This document shows positions 17,661-36,237 of a stretch of DNA of 64,000 bases, in pieces. The notes below the pieces were generated by a model that saw only the letters and a list, made by a program, of their open reading frames with translations, had not been told where the DNA came from and searched no databases. The stretch comes from the human T2T-CHM13v2.0 reference genome, Homo sapiens. The translations under genes and the position numbers were made by a program. Within the stretch, counting starts at the first letter, position 1. Each line of letters begins with the position of its first letter. The DNA is taken from the NCBI RefSeq assembly GCF_009914755.1, contig NC_060930.1, one strand, 5' to 3'.

Positions 17661-18147
17661 TAACTATTACCTTACACCTCTTCCAGTCCTCCTAGTCTTT
17701 GCAAAACTGTACACTAATGCAAAAGAGGTATACTACTAAAACAAACTCAAATTATTTTAACAATAACCTTGTTCAGACCTATATGTATCAAGACAAGACC
17801 ATAATAACAGTAACTCCACTTGGGCTTATGTGTTTCCAAGGTACAAGATTTTTCAGTAACTCACATAGTTTACAATTTCTGCCCAACCCCTGCCCAACCA
17901 TGCTAGCTTTACCCTAAAACTGAAACTACAAACTCTTTTCTCTTTGACTTGTGATCAATGCAATTTCTCTTGTTCTCTATTTTTATAAAATAACTTAATG
18001 CAAATGTAAGAGTTAACTTTTATTAATCTCTTCTTATTGGTTTATTCCTATCTGTGGGACAAAATATTTTGAATAGTGCTCATCTTAAACAAAATACCAG
18101 CTATCTCTCCCAACTTTCTCTTATCAGCAAATTTGATAAACATGTTT

Positions 18148-18447
18148 CTTTTTTTTTTTTTTTTCTGAGACGGAGTCTCGCTCTGTTGCCCATGCTAGAG
18201 TGCAGTGGCACCATCTCACTCACTGCAAGCTCTGCCTCCTGGGTTCACACCACTCTCCTGCCTCAGCCTCCCAAGTAGCTGGAACTACAGGCGTCCGCCA
18301 CCACGCCCAGCTAATTTTCTGTATTTTCAGGAGAGACGGGGTTTTGCCGTGTTAGCCAGGGTGGTCTCGATCTCCTGACCTTGTGATCTGCCCGCCTCGA
18401 CCTCCCAAAGTGCTGGGATTACAGGTGTGAGCCACCACATGTGACCT
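18148..18447 (-). mobile_element. Alu (older AluY-like)
   Basis: Full dimer with T-tail; GCAAGCTC, GTTAGCCAGG and TCTCGATCTCC diagnostics; many CpG decays. Confidence 0.9.
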
Positions 18448-20140
18448 TAGATATTCTTTAAAAAAAAACTTCCTTTTTTTCTTCCTGAAAACAGCAAAGA
18501 TTTGGCACAAAACAATTAAAATGTTACATAGCATTTTAGCCATTTAAAAATATTTATTCTATCTACATCAAGTTTTATAAACAACTTTAAACAGCCTAAT
18601 TTTTCAAGGCAATTACTCTCTTATACAGAATACAGTGATTATGTCAGTTTAAAAATTGCACTGATAGTCTCTTTACAAGTGAAAACTAGCAATCCATTAC
18701 GCTGCTGAATGACTCTGATCTTCATGCTGTAGGATACAACTACTCTAACACATTTATGCCATTACTTACCTCAAAACCTTAATATCAACAAAAGTCAGCA
18801 AGGAATTATTCACCAAGCTTTACAAGTATACTTTTCTTATTTAACTCATCTTGTGGGACTAATTTTCTAGGAAATTCTGACACAAAGTTAACTGATATGA
18901 AACCATGATAAAGTGTTTCTCGAACATGTCATAAACATCAAGGATTTCACATAACAACTGTGTGATGATCTTCTGATGATAGGATAAAATAGGCATCACT
19001 GGTATTATCAGTTAAAAAGGACATCCATCAGCTTAATTTTAAAAACATTATTTTAAAATTGTCATAAAGAACCAATAGCAAGATTTTTGTAGGTTATTTT
19101 TAACTACTTTTAATTACCTACATCAAAGTAATCTGCTTATATCTGAGCAAAATTAAGCTATCTAATACATATTCCCAAATGAAGCAGAAGTTCTTAATAA
19201 ATTGCTAAGCTTAAAGAGACTGCAGTCACATTTACTTCATTAAAGATTTTTTAAATGAATGGTAGTGGTTTATCTGAATTCTTTGAGAGAAAGGGAGTGC
19301 ATGGGATGAGAAAGGAGAAAGATAAGGTTGGGAAACAATGAGGTACTTATTTAAAATAGTTATCAAATTTTTTTCTATAAGATTATATACAAACTATAAA
19401 AATTACAGTAGAGTGCAAGTGAAATACTGCCACCCAGTGGAAACAGAATATAAATAAAGTATTCAAATTTGAAAAGATTTTAAGAATTTCCTATCGCTTT
19501 TCATTTGGAATAATAGAGTTTAATAATTTTCAAAGTATTCTAAAATGTATTGTTTCTCAAAAAATCCAGTGGGACAGATAGCGGAAGTGTTAGTACATCT
19601 TTTCCTGAGTCTAAATTTCAAGATTAAATGACCTGACAGTCCTATACTTATACAGCAAAGCAAGGACTGAAGCCCAAGGCTGCTGGCTCTCAGTTCACTG
19701 CTGTTCACACCATATAACCCCTCCTAAAAAGCCTTTGACACCTCCATCTTTGTCCAAATATTGTACTTCATAGAGGATAAAACTGAGACTCAAAGATTAT
19801 CACGTCCAAGGGTTCTTGGAAAAATAACCTGAGGCAGTACCCAAATGGTATTAATATTCTTAGAAGACTTCTAGTTTTCCTTTAAAATTCCTTTGAGATT
19901 TGTGTACTATTCCATAAGATAGATGTGTCTGTTTTAATTTCTAAATAATGCTTTTTTCCTCAAATGTCTTTTAGAAAAACTTATGCTTTAAGACAGCGTT
20001 GCATCTTTATCTCATGTTACAAATTTCCAGGCACATAATCACATTGAAGAAGGAAGATGGAGTGTATTCCAGTTTGAAATTTCTGGAAAGTGCCTTGCTC
20101 AAGTTCATATATTTATCAAGCATTTAATGAACATCTGCTA

Positions 20141-20693
<553 letters not shown>

Positions 20694-21879
20694 TCACATT
20701 GTCATCATCTTCATGCTGACCATCAAGGCAATCCCTATTTGAAATAGCAACAATTTCTTGGCAAAGAGAAAGGAGAATGAGGCAACGCAACAGGAAATGA
20801 CACACAGCACTTCCTCTCATATTTTACTGGCCAAAGCAAGCCACATAACAAAGATATACTTCTTCAACAGAGCAAAGAAGAACAATCTTCCCCTGGGGAG
20901 AGGACATGGATACTGGTAAACAGTAATCGCCTGCCATGCTCCAACATTTCCAAGATATACCAAGGAAAGATGGTGCTGGGTAACATGGAAGAAAGAGATC
21001 AGATCTCTCTGTATATGTGATGGGAATTCAAGCAATTTATTTAAATATGAAAAGAAGGGGTTTGCATAGAAGGCTGGAAGACTTGGAATGTTTAGGTTTC
21101 AGATATTCAAGATGCAAATGACTACATATTAGACAAGTAGAGAAAAGGTATTTAGAATGTTTGTGAGTATAAATTAAGACTCAAAGTCCCAGTTCTGGAC
21201 ATAGTACTTTATCAGTGTAAATCCATAAGAGCTGCCTGTATCCCATGAAGGATCCCACATCTTAACAGGAATTACACTGTAGGGTTGCTTATTGGGCATA
21301 TACACAAAACTATAGCCAGGTAGGTGGTGTGTCAGAGCCTGATGTACAAAAATTATACCTAGAATCAACACATTAGGTTACCTAATTTATATATATGTAA
21401 ACCTGCAAACAGTTGAGTGAGGACAACAAAGCCAGAAAGTGCACTAACCACATATATAACCGAAATATGTAACTTCACTAAACTGCATGCTATTTTTATA
21501 GCTCAATAACATTTGCTCCAGCTGGAAGGGTGCATGTTTTTCTTTCCCTCTGCTAATGCTGGAAGGTTAAGTCTCAGACAAGAAGCTCTAACGAAAGCCT
21601 TTATACTAAATCCAATCAACACTGATGGCCTAGGTAGCCACTGGAGAAAAACAGAGCAACTATACCTACAATGCACTAAAAGACCATGGCAGACAACACA
21701 TAGAGATTAAAATAATATGCCGCTGTACTCCCAATCCAAAGGAATGTGTATACGCATGTGTTAGTGTTGTGTATTAATAAGATGGTTTTGTTCAAATACA
21801 TTCAATAATTTTATATTGTATAATTGCTTGCTATGTTTAAGAATTATATAATAAATATAAATTATTTGAAGAGGCCACT

Positions 21880-22241
21880 TGCTATAGTTTAAGTGTTTGT
21901 GTTGCTCCAAAATTTATGTTTAAACTTAATCCCCAATCCAATGATATTGAGGTAGGGACTTTTGGAAAATGATTAAGTCATGAGGGCTCCACCCTCATTA
22001 GTGGGATTAGTGTCTTTATAAAAGGGCTTGAGGGAATGAGTTCATCCCTTTTCCCCTCTGCCATGTGAGGCTGCAGCAAGAAGGTATTATTTTGGAAACA
22101 AAGAGAAAGCCAAATCTATTAATACTGGTGCCTTAATCTTTGACTTCCCAGCCTCCAGAACTGTGAGAAATAAATTTCTTTTGTTTATAAATTACCCAAT
22201 CTAAGGTATTTTTGTTATAGCAGCCTGAAAAGGCTAAGACA
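21880..22241 (+). mobile_element. MaLR solo LTR (MLT1A/MSTD-like)
   Basis: TGCTATAG...GGCTAAGACA; TSD CCACT/CTACT. Confidence 0.82.
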
Positions 22242-22477
22242 CTACTTCTGATTGGTTTCCATATTATTACACCAAAGTCAATGTAGTGAATGTATCATGG
22301 TTTATTGTAGAACTAAAACTGCCATGATTTTGTCAGAAATCCAAGAAAATGGTACAGTACTAAGATAGGAAGTGGCAGGGGAAGAGCAGGCAAAAGTAAA
22401 TAATTGCCAGATTGTGAGAAACCAGAAAGACCATACTAAGAAGTTTAGACTTATTTTATAGGAACTAGGAAATCATC

Positions 22478-24700
22478 TGATATGGTTTGGCTGTGTCCTC
22501 ACCCAAACCACATCTTGAATTGTAGCTCCCATAATTTCCATGTGTCATGAGAGGAACCTGGTGGGAGGTAATTGAATCATGGGGGTGGGTTTTTCCCTGT
22601 GCTATTTTCGTGATAGTGAATGAGTCTCATGAGATCTGATGGTTTTATAAAAGGGTATACCCTTGTACATGTTCTCTTGTCTGCTGTCATGTAAGACGTG
22701 ATTTTGCCCTTCTTTTGCCTTCCGCCATGATTGTGAGGCGTCCTCAGCCATGCGGAACTGTGAGTCAGTTAAACTTCCTTCCTTTTGTTATAAATTACTG
22801 AGTCTCAGGTATATCTTTATTAGCAGCATGGGAACAGACTAATATAGTAAATTGGTATCAGTAGAGTGGGGTGCTGCTATAAAGATACTTTAAAATGTGA
22901 AAGTGACTTTGGAACAGGATAATAGGCAGAGGCTGGAACAGTTTGGAGGGCTCAGAAGACAGGAAGATGTGGGAAAGTTTGGAACTTCCCAGAGACTTGT
23001 TGAATGGCTTTGACCAAAATGCTCATAGTGATATGGACAGTGAAGTCCAGACTGAGGTGGTCTCAGATGGAGATGAGGAACTTCTTGTGAACTGGAGTAA
23101 AGGTCACTCTTGCTATGCAAAGAGACTCGCACCATTTGGGCCCTGCCCTAGAGATCTGTGGAACTTTGAACTTGAGAGATGATTTAGGGTATCTGGTGGA
23201 AGAAATTTCTAACCAGCAAATCATTCAAGAGGAAGAAGAGCATAAAAGGTTGGAAAATTTGCAGCCTGATGATGCAATAGAAAAGAAAAACGCATTTTCT
23301 GGGGAAAAAATCCAGCTGGCTACAGAAATTTTCATAAGTAATGATGAGCCAAAGGTTAATCACCAAGACAATGGGGAAAATGTCTCCAGGGAATGTCAGA
23401 GACCTTTGCAGCAGCCCCTCCCATCACAGGCCTGGAGAAGCAGGAGGAAAAAATGGCTTCCTGGGCTGGGCCCAGGGCCCACTGCTGTATGCAGCCTAGA
23501 AACTTGGTGCCCTGTGTCCCAGTCACTCTAGCCATGGCTAAAAAAGGCCAAGGTACAGCTCAAGCCATGGCTTCAGAGGGTATAAGCCCAAAGCACTGGC
23601 AGCTCCGGTATGGTGTTGAGCCTGTGGATGCATGGAAGTCAAGAATTGAGGTTTGGGAACCTCCACCTAGATTTCAGAGGATGTATGAAAAGCCTGGATG
23701 CCCAGGAAGAAGTTTGCTGCAGGGGCGGGGTCCTCATGCAGAACCTCTGCTAGGGCAGTGCAGAAGAAAAATGTGGGATTGGAGCACCCACACAGAGTCC
23801 CCACTGGGGCACTGCCTAATGGAGCTGTTAGAAGAGGGCCACAAACCTCTAGACCTCAGAATGCTGGATTCACCAACAGCTTGCACTGTGTGCCTAGAAA
23901 AGACACAGACACTCAACAGCAGCCCATGAAAGCAGCCAGGAGTGGGGCTGGACACTGCAAAGTCTTGCATTAGTGTGACCTGGATGTGAGATATAAAATC
24001 AAAGGAGATCATTTTGGAACTTTAAGGTTTAATGACTGTCCTATTGGTTTTCAGACTTCATGGGGCCTGTAGCCCCTTAATTTTGGCCTATTTCTCCCAT
24101 TTTGGACTGGTGTATTTACCCACTGTCTGCATCCCCATTGTATCTGAGAAGTAACTAACTTGCTTTTGATTTGATAGGCTCATAGGCAGAAGGGGCTTGC
24201 CTTGTCTCAGATGAGACTTTGGACTGTGGACTTTTGAGTTAATATTAAAATGAGTTAAGACTTTGGGGGACTGTTGGGAAGGCATGATTGGTTTTGAAAT
24301 GTGAGGACATAAGATTTTAGAGGGGCCAGGGCAGAAGGATATGGTTTGGCTGTGTCCCCACCCAAATCTTATCTTGAATTGTAGCTCCCATAATTCCCAT
24401 ATCTCATGGGAGGGACCCAGTGGGAGGTAATTGAATCATGGGGGAGGGCTTCTCTCATCCTGTTCTCGTGCTAGTGAATAAGTCTCACGATATCTGATGG
24501 TTTTATAAAGGGGAGTTCTCCTGCACACACTCTCTGGCCCGCCGCCATGTAAGATATGACTTTGCTCCTCTTTTGCCTTCCAACATGATTATGAGGCCTC
24601 CCCAGCCATGTGGAACTGTGAGTCAATAAAAGCTCTTTTCTTTATAAATTACCCAGTCTCGAGTATGTCTTTATTAGCAGTGTAAGAACAGACTAATACA
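22478..24700 (+). mobile_element. Full-length THE1 MaLR element (LTR ~22478-22845, internal region, LTR ~24337-24700)
   Basis: Two GATATGGTTTGGCTGTGTCC...GACTAATAYA LTRs; perfect TSD TCATC. Confidence 0.93.
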
Positions 24701-24847
24701 TCATCTAAATATTTTGAATACACATGTGACATTATCCCATCTGTATTTTAGAAATATAATTCTAGTAGCTTGTAGAGGAAGGATTGAATAGAGAAGAAAC
24801 ACAAAGTAGTTCCTGTAGAAGTTCTTTAGATCATGTAGAAGACATAA

Positions 24848-26190
<1,343 letters not shown>

Positions 26191-26888
26191 GATTGGGGGA
26201 TTGAAATATTTCAACTGCAGAGTCTCTAACAGTGGTCTTCCAAACCAGTTGATTATCAAAAGCACCTGGGGAAATTATAAAGTTTGTATTCCCTGGCCAA
26301 TCCCAGAACTATTAAATTAAAATTTAAAGGATGTGGCTGAAGAAATACTCATTATACCGCAGGAGCTTGTAATACAGACAGCCCAGCCTACAAAAGTTCT
26401 ACGTTTCCACACACTTGAATGACTGAGCTGCAGTGTCTTTAAATCAGGAACACAGAAAAAGGATCTTACAGAGATTGATAATGAGTTGAGGTTTGAATAT
26501 ATTGAATTTAAACTACTTATAGGACTCCCAGATGTAAAAGTCTTGTAGACAAGAGGATATACAGGTCTGGAGCCCAGAAGAGAGATTAGAGCTAGAGATA
26601 CAACATCCTAGGATTAGATAAGGTCCTCCAGAGAAAGAATTTAGCTTGAGATAAGAAATGATGTCATGAAAGAGCTCAAAGAGCACCTAAATCTAAGAGT
26701 AGTGTGCAGATAAATGATAGTATTAGAGTTGGCAAAGGAAGGATAAATATACCTAACAGATAATTCCATTAAATCAAATGTTTTTTAGAAAAGTTGATAT
26801 CATTTTTCATTGGACTAATAGAGCCTAATAATTTTCAGGGACTTTAAAATGCATTTTTCCTCAAAAAAAAATTTCCAGTGGGAAACAT

Positions 26889-28167
26889 CAGCGGGTCCTC
26901 AAAAAGTTCACAGAAAATGCATACGTGGAAAAACTATGCACAGGTTTCAAAATTTTTTGGAACTAAAATTAACTTATACTAACTTGCTATAACATATCTG
27001 AACAAGGTCTAGTTTGAGGCACTAAGAAGAATAAGGCATCAGTTTGAAAAGAGCCCCTTTAGAGCAACATGAATTCTGCTTAAAACTGAAGCAAGAACAC
27101 ACATCAAATTTATGGTGAAGTTCAGGTGGAAGAATGGTGAAATCATTGATGCTTTACAAAAAGCATCAAAAGTTTATGAAGACAAAGCCCCAATGAAATC
27201 AGCATTTTATGATAGATAATTCATTTTAAGAAGGGGTGAGATGATGGTGAAGATGAAGCCTGCAGCAACAGACCATCCACATCAATTTACAAATAAAAAT
27301 TCTTCTTGATAGGAAGAGGACCAATAATTAACAGCAGAAACAATAGCTGGGTCAGCTTACACAATTTCTAGCTGAAAAATTAAAGTTGAACAGACTTTCC
27401 ATTCAATGGGTGCCAAAACCATTGCACCCAGATCAGCTGCAGACAACAGCAGGGCTTTCAATGAAAATTTTAAACAAATGAGATCAAGCTCCTGACGCAC
27501 TGCTTTGAAGAATTATAACAGGAGCTGAAACATGACTTTACCAGTATGATCCTGAAGACAAAGCACAAGCAAAGCAATGGCTACTGAGAAGTGAAAGTGG
27601 CCCAATCAAACCACAAGTTGATGGTCAAGAGAAGGTATCATGACAACAGTTTTGGAGATTCTCAAGGCATTTTTCCTATTAACTTTCTGGAAAGCAAAAA
27701 AAATGATAGCATCTGCTTATTATGAGTGTTTTGAGACACTAGCCAAAGCTTTAGCAGAAAAATGCCTGGAAAAGCTTCACCAGAGAGTTTTTCTCCACCA
27801 TGACTATGCTCCTACTCATTCATCTCATCAAACAAGGGCAATTTTATGAAAGTTTCTATGGGGAATCATTAGGCATCCACCTTACTGTCCTGATTTGGCT
27901 TGGCTCTTTCTGACTTCTTTTTGTTTCCTCATCTTAACAAATCTGTAAAGGGCACCAATTTTTCTTCAGTTAATAATGTAAAAACAAGACTGCATTGACA
28001 TGGTTTAATTTCTAAAACTGTCAGTTCTTTAGGGATAGACTAATAGCTGCTATCATCGTTTAAAAAGTGTCTTGACTGTGATGGAAGTTACATTGAGAAA
28101 TAAAGTTTGTGTTTTTTATTTTTATCTTTTAATTCCATTTTCCACAAATTTTTTAAGCTCCCACTTG
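26889..28167 (+). mobile_element. Hsmar2 mariner DNA transposon, near full length
   Basis: ~31-bp degenerate TIRs (..GGTCCTCAAAAAGTTCACAGAAAATG / CATTTTCCACAAATTTTTTAAG..), TA after the right end, ~1.28 kb. Confidence 0.9.
27069..28103 (+). pseudogene. Hsmar2 transposase remnant
   Basis: MNSA start and decayed mariner motifs WVPKPL, ITGAET* (TGDETW), HHDYAP (HDNA) and HPPYCPDLA (YSPDL); frameshifts and stops. Confidence 0.88.
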
Positions 28168-29364
28168 TAACAGATGTGTTAGTACATCTTTTCCTGAATC
28201 TGAGATTTCTTTACCTGTTACAATGAAGTAAAGCACTGTACGAAACTAATGCGTGCATTTCACACTAAAAGCTTCAGTGTCCTGTCCAAGTTAGGTGCAT
28301 TGACTGCTTATTTTGTGGTTTCCTATAGCCCATCTGAGGATTATCTGGAACAATGTCATCTGAGGTGATTATTTTAAAAACCTGGACCCTTTCAACACAG
28401 CAATGAAAAGGCAAATAAGCCCACTGAAAATGGGCAGAGGATTTGAATAGACATTTCTCCAAAGAAGATACATACACATATGTGTGTACAGAAGATACAT
28501 ATGTGTGTATCTTCCATATTGACATAAAGCCAATAAGTACCTGAAAAGATACTCAACATCATTAGTCATTAGGGAAATCAAAACCACAATAAGACCCCAT
28601 TTCACACCCTCTACAATGGCTAAAATTAAAAATACACAAAATAACAAGAATGTGGAAAAACTGAAACTCATACACTGCTGGTGAGTGGAAAATAGTGCAG
28701 TCACCTTGGAAAACAGTCTGGAATTTCCTCAAAAAGTTAAACATAGAGTTACCATATTCCACTTCTGGGTACACACCAGTTCCACTTCTGGGTACATACC
28801 CAATACAAGTAAAAACATATGTTCACACAAAAACTTGTATGCAAATGTTCACAGCACCATTATTTTAAAAGTGAAAACAGCTTTTACCTCCATCAACTGG
28901 TGAGTGAATAAAGAAAATGTGACACACCCATACAATGGAATATTACTCAGCAATAAGGGTTAATGAAGAACTGAGACATGCTACAACACGTACAAACCCC
29001 AAAAACATTAACATTAGTGAAAGCAGCCAGTTACAAAGGGCCACATATTGTATGACTCCATTTCTATGAAATATCCAGAACAGGCAAAGCCCTAGAGACA
29101 GAAAGTGCATTCGTGTTTGCCTGAGGATAGGGAAGGGAGGAATAAAGATTGACTGGTAATGAGCACAGAGTTTCATTTTGGAATGGCAAAAATGTCATAA
29201 GTGTTGATAGTTACATAACATTTTGTGAATGTAGAGTTGTCTCTCAGTTCCCATGAGTAATTGGTCCCAGAACCACCAGCAGATACCAAAATCTGCAGAT
29301 GCTCAAGTCCCAGATATAAAATGGCATAGTATTTGCATATAACATACACACATCCTCCTGTATG

Positions 29365-30570
29365 CAGTAAGCCCTCAATTAACATGGTAGATAGGTTCTT
29401 GGAAACTGTGACTTTAAGTGAAATGATGTATAACAAATCAATTTTACTACTATAGCGAAGTGATATAAATAAGGGTGGAGTTTCTATGGCGTATTTCTGG
29501 TCATAAAAACATCACCAAACTTCTCAATAAATACCACAAACACTTCTCATATTAAACACTGAAATAAATGTGAGCTATACACATATTTAAGAAAGATGAA
29601 TAAAGACAAGTGTATTAGTCCATTTTCACAATGCTGATAGAGACATACCTGAGAAAGGCAATTTACAAAAGAAAGAGGTTTAATTGGACTTACAGTTCCA
29701 TGTGGTTGGGGAAGCCTCACAATCATGGCAGAAGGCAAAGAGAGGCAAGTCACATCTTACATGGATGACAGCAGGCAAAGAGAGAGAGATCTTGTGCAGG
29801 GAAACTCCACCTTCTAAAGCCATCAGATCTCATGAGACTTATTCACTATCACGAGAACAACACAAGAAAGACCTGCCCTCATGATTCAATTACCTCTCAC
29901 TGGGTCCCTCCCATAACATGTGGGAATTCAAGATGAGATTTGGGTGGGGACACAGCCAAACCACATCAACAAGTAAGAAAATTATTTAACCAATTAGTGG
30001 TGAGTCAGTGAGTGACTGTGGTAATAGTCGTGGTGATGGGTTATATCAAGGAACAAATGTTTGCAAAGTGAAAAAGGAGCACCTCCTGCCACTGCTCAGT
30101 TCTAAAATGATCACAAACAGGGAGGCTCACTGAGCACTTTGGTAGCATATTATTTGTTGTCAAGCATTTGTATGATTATCATATACTTTACAGATTTCTG
30201 TTTGACAATAATTTATATTCATTTCTTCATTCATTTACCAACCCAATTATTCCAGTTCAGGATCAAGGGTGGCCAGATTTCATTCCTGCAAGTGCTAGAC
30301 AGGCACCCACCAGACAGGACACCCTTCTATGGCAAGGCACTCATACACAGGTACACTCACTCTGACTGGGACCATATAGACATGCCAAAGAACCGCACAG
30401 GGACAGCTTTGAGATGTGGGAGGAAAACAAAGGACCTGGAGAGAACCCACACAAACACAGGAAGAACATGCAGACTCTGCAGACAGGGGCCCTGGTAGGA
30501 AGTGATCTTTTTCTCATTAACATTGTAATGAAACAACATCGAATGAAAGATGTTATTTGAGGATATGTTG
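29365..30570. mobile_element. MER82/Tigger6-type DNA transposon
   Basis: Ends CAGTAAGCCCTCAATTAAC...GTTATTTGAGGATATGTTG at a TA site; GATAGGTTCTTGGAAACTG body. Confidence 0.72.
29611..29968 (-). mobile_element. THE1 solo LTR
   Basis: TGTATTAGTC...CAGCCAAACCACATCA; perfect TSD ACAAG. Confidence 0.92.
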
Positions 30571-30580
30571 TACTTTAAAT

Positions 30581-31099
30581 CAGGGGTCCCAACCTCTGGC
30601 CAACTTCCTCCCTTAGGAATCAGGTCACACAGCAGGAGGTAAGCAGGCGAGTGAGTGAGCAAAGCTTCATCTGTATTTACAGCTGCTCCCCATCACTCAC
30701 ATTACGGGGTGAACTCTGCGTCCTGTCAGATCAGCAGCACAGTAGATTCTCATAGGAGTGCAAACCCTATTGTGAACTGCACTTGGGAGACAGGGAGACA
30801 TCTAGGTTGTGGGCTCCTTATGAGAAGCTAATGCCTGATGATCTGTCACTGTCTTCTCCAACCCACAGATGGGACCATCTAATTGCAGGAAAACAAGCTC
30901 AGGACTCCCACTGATTCTACATTATGGTGAGTTGTATAATTATTTCATTACATATTACAATGGAATAATAATAGAAACAAAGTACACAATAAATGTAATG
31001 TGCTTGAATCATCCCACAACCATCCCCACCTCCCCAGTCCATGGAAAAATTATCTACCACAAAACTGGTCTCTGGTGCCAGAAAGGTTAGGGACCACTG
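30581..31099. mobile_element. MER1A (hAT-Charlie MITE)
   Basis: CAGGGGTCCCAACC...GGTTAGGGACCACTG TIRs; 8-bp TSD CTTTAAAT/CTTTAAGT. Confidence 0.88.
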
Positions 31100-32026
31100 C
31101 TTTAAGTCATCTCTAGGTTACTTATACTATCAAATACCTAATGCAATGCCAGCACATCACTCCACTCATGTGGAATCAACATAATACTTGGCAGACAGCA
31201 AATTCAAGTTTTGCTTTTTAGAATTTTGCGGAATTTTTTTCTGAATATTAGATTGGTTGAATCCACAGATGCAGAATCCATAGGGACAGAAGGCTAAGTG
31301 TCCTAAAAACCACTGAACTGTGCACTTTAAATGGATGAATTCTATGGTATGTGAATTACATCTCAGCAAGCTGTTATAAAAAATATGAATTCCCAGGATC
31401 CACCCATGAAGATTCTGCAGGTCTGTGATTTAAAAAGCTCCCAAGGTGATCCTAATGCATTCCAGGACAGGGCATCACTGGTGTGGCCTAGAAAATTTAC
31501 TAGAAAGTTGTCTGATGTTTTATGTTTGACAGAAAAGAAAAAATATCAGTAGAGACTGCTCGAGGTAAGCCATGCAGCAAGAGAGGTGATCCCTGCCCAC
31601 GTCCTCCAGGTCTCAAGAAAGAAGACCCTACCCCTATCCTGGAGTGGCCGCCCCACAGCCTCCTGCAGCTGCCATTCCCACGCTCCTCACAACTGTGGCA
31701 GTCTTCTCACTCAGGATTCCTTCACCCCAAAATGCATTCATGCAGCTCTCCCCTCATCACCACCACACACCCAGGGAGCCCCACCACAAAAAGCTTAAAC
31801 ATCTCTGAAACCCTCCAACTTTGGCTCTTTCCTTGCCATTTTAATAAAATCAGCCTTTCTCCTGTCTCCCTCACATGGAGGATAGAGCCTGAGCACCCAT
31901 TTCTTCTTGGATTCAGATCAGATTTTTAAAAACAGCTTTGTTGTTGTATTTATTCCCATAATTGCAACACAAAAATAAATGAGAAAAGATCCTATTTTTC
32001 ATTAAATACCAAGTTCAAAATACTAA

Positions 32027-34699
<2,673 letters not shown>

Positions 34700-35934
34700 A
34701 ACATTGCATATAGGTTTCAGACTTCTGCTTTAGTCCTTACTTGACAATAAACATTTTTTCCCCTCAACTAAAAATATCTCTTAACCTCAAGGGCTGTAAA
34801 TTTTTCATCTTGGTATCCCAGTACCTATCACAATTCCAGGTGTATAACTGAGCTTCCAAGTTCTTCCATGAGTTGAATAAGTGAATCAAATACTGACTCT
34901 GATTTGTTAGGGTTTTAGTTTTCCTAACTGAAGGTGCAAAAGTAATAGAGATCTCTTCTCAGTGGTTAATACCAAAATAACGATTTAAACAATACTAAAA
35001 TTTGAGGTTAATAAAGTTAACACATTTTTGTATTACCAGAATACCTAGAAGAGTTTTTAGTGTTTTTTTATGTTTCATTTGGATCATATCTCTCAACATT
35101 TCTCATCTCTAGTTAGATTGATTCACTAATGGATTCTAAGTACATCCCTCTAAGAGATAATAAAACTTCTTCAACCACAATAAAAAGACAACATTATCAA
35201 GCTAAAATTTCAGATTCAAACTTCTAACCACATTAAGTAAAGACTGAAGTCTGTGCAAAAAAGCATACATAGCTCTGGAGTAAAGAACTTTTTAAATAAG
35301 TATTTCTTTTATGGGATACTTCTTCATTGTAGAGAAAACATGAGACATTGTCAAAACTAAGAAACACAAACCAATGACAAAATATTGTCAATATTTTTAC
35401 ATAAAATAGTTTTACTTCCATTTACAAGCAATACTCATATATATTAAGTAAATTCTTCCTCATAATTATTCTGAACTAGTAAGTGTTAAAGCAACACTTT
35501 AAACTAATGTCTTTTTGTACAACATTCAGAATTATTTTTACCTCAGAAGTCCATGGGTGAAATTAAGGATAGCTCTAAATCGAAGATGATGGAAATAACA
35601 GTGTGACCCCCAAATATTGTTTTCCATGTGTGGGGTTCCAGATTGTTCCAGTTCTGGAATTGTACCAAATACTGATTGTCATATTCATCAAACAGATAGA
35701 CTTTTGCTGACTCCAAACAACAGAGATGGTAATATTTTGGTATTTTATGGCAAAAGGCATGAATGTAAATGTTATGCTAACTTCTTCCTAACATACAGAG
35801 TTCATAAAATCTACAAATATAATGTTGAAAAATGTTGGTAATAGATCAAACCATGATGAAATTTCTCTTTGCTCATAGAAACAGTATTGAGCCTTTTGAC
35901 TAAGGTTTAAAAGACAATAATTTTATAATAACCT

Positions 35935-36237
<303 letters not shown>

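Larger units (their letters stand above)
29234..31300 (+). mobile_element. MER2/MER2B (Tigger-family MITE), split by two insertions
   Basis: GATACCAAAATC..GATGCTCAAGTCCC..ATAAAATGGC 5' half; CATCTCTAG..TTGGTTGAATCCACAGATGCAGAA 3' half. Confidence 0.82.
28385..31385 (+). mobile_element. L1MB-type 3' fragment hosting nested insertions (L1 sequence at 28385-29233 and 31301-31385)
   Basis: The L1 3'UTR resumes in register across the nest: TGTGAATGTA | .CTAAAAACCACTGAACTG. Confidence 0.75.

Noticed and set aside
22890-24285. ORFs of up to 178 aa in the THE1 internal region (and similar ones at 43320-44636 in MST)
   Set aside because: Fragments of the decayed MaLR internal ORF with stops and frameshifts; not host genes.
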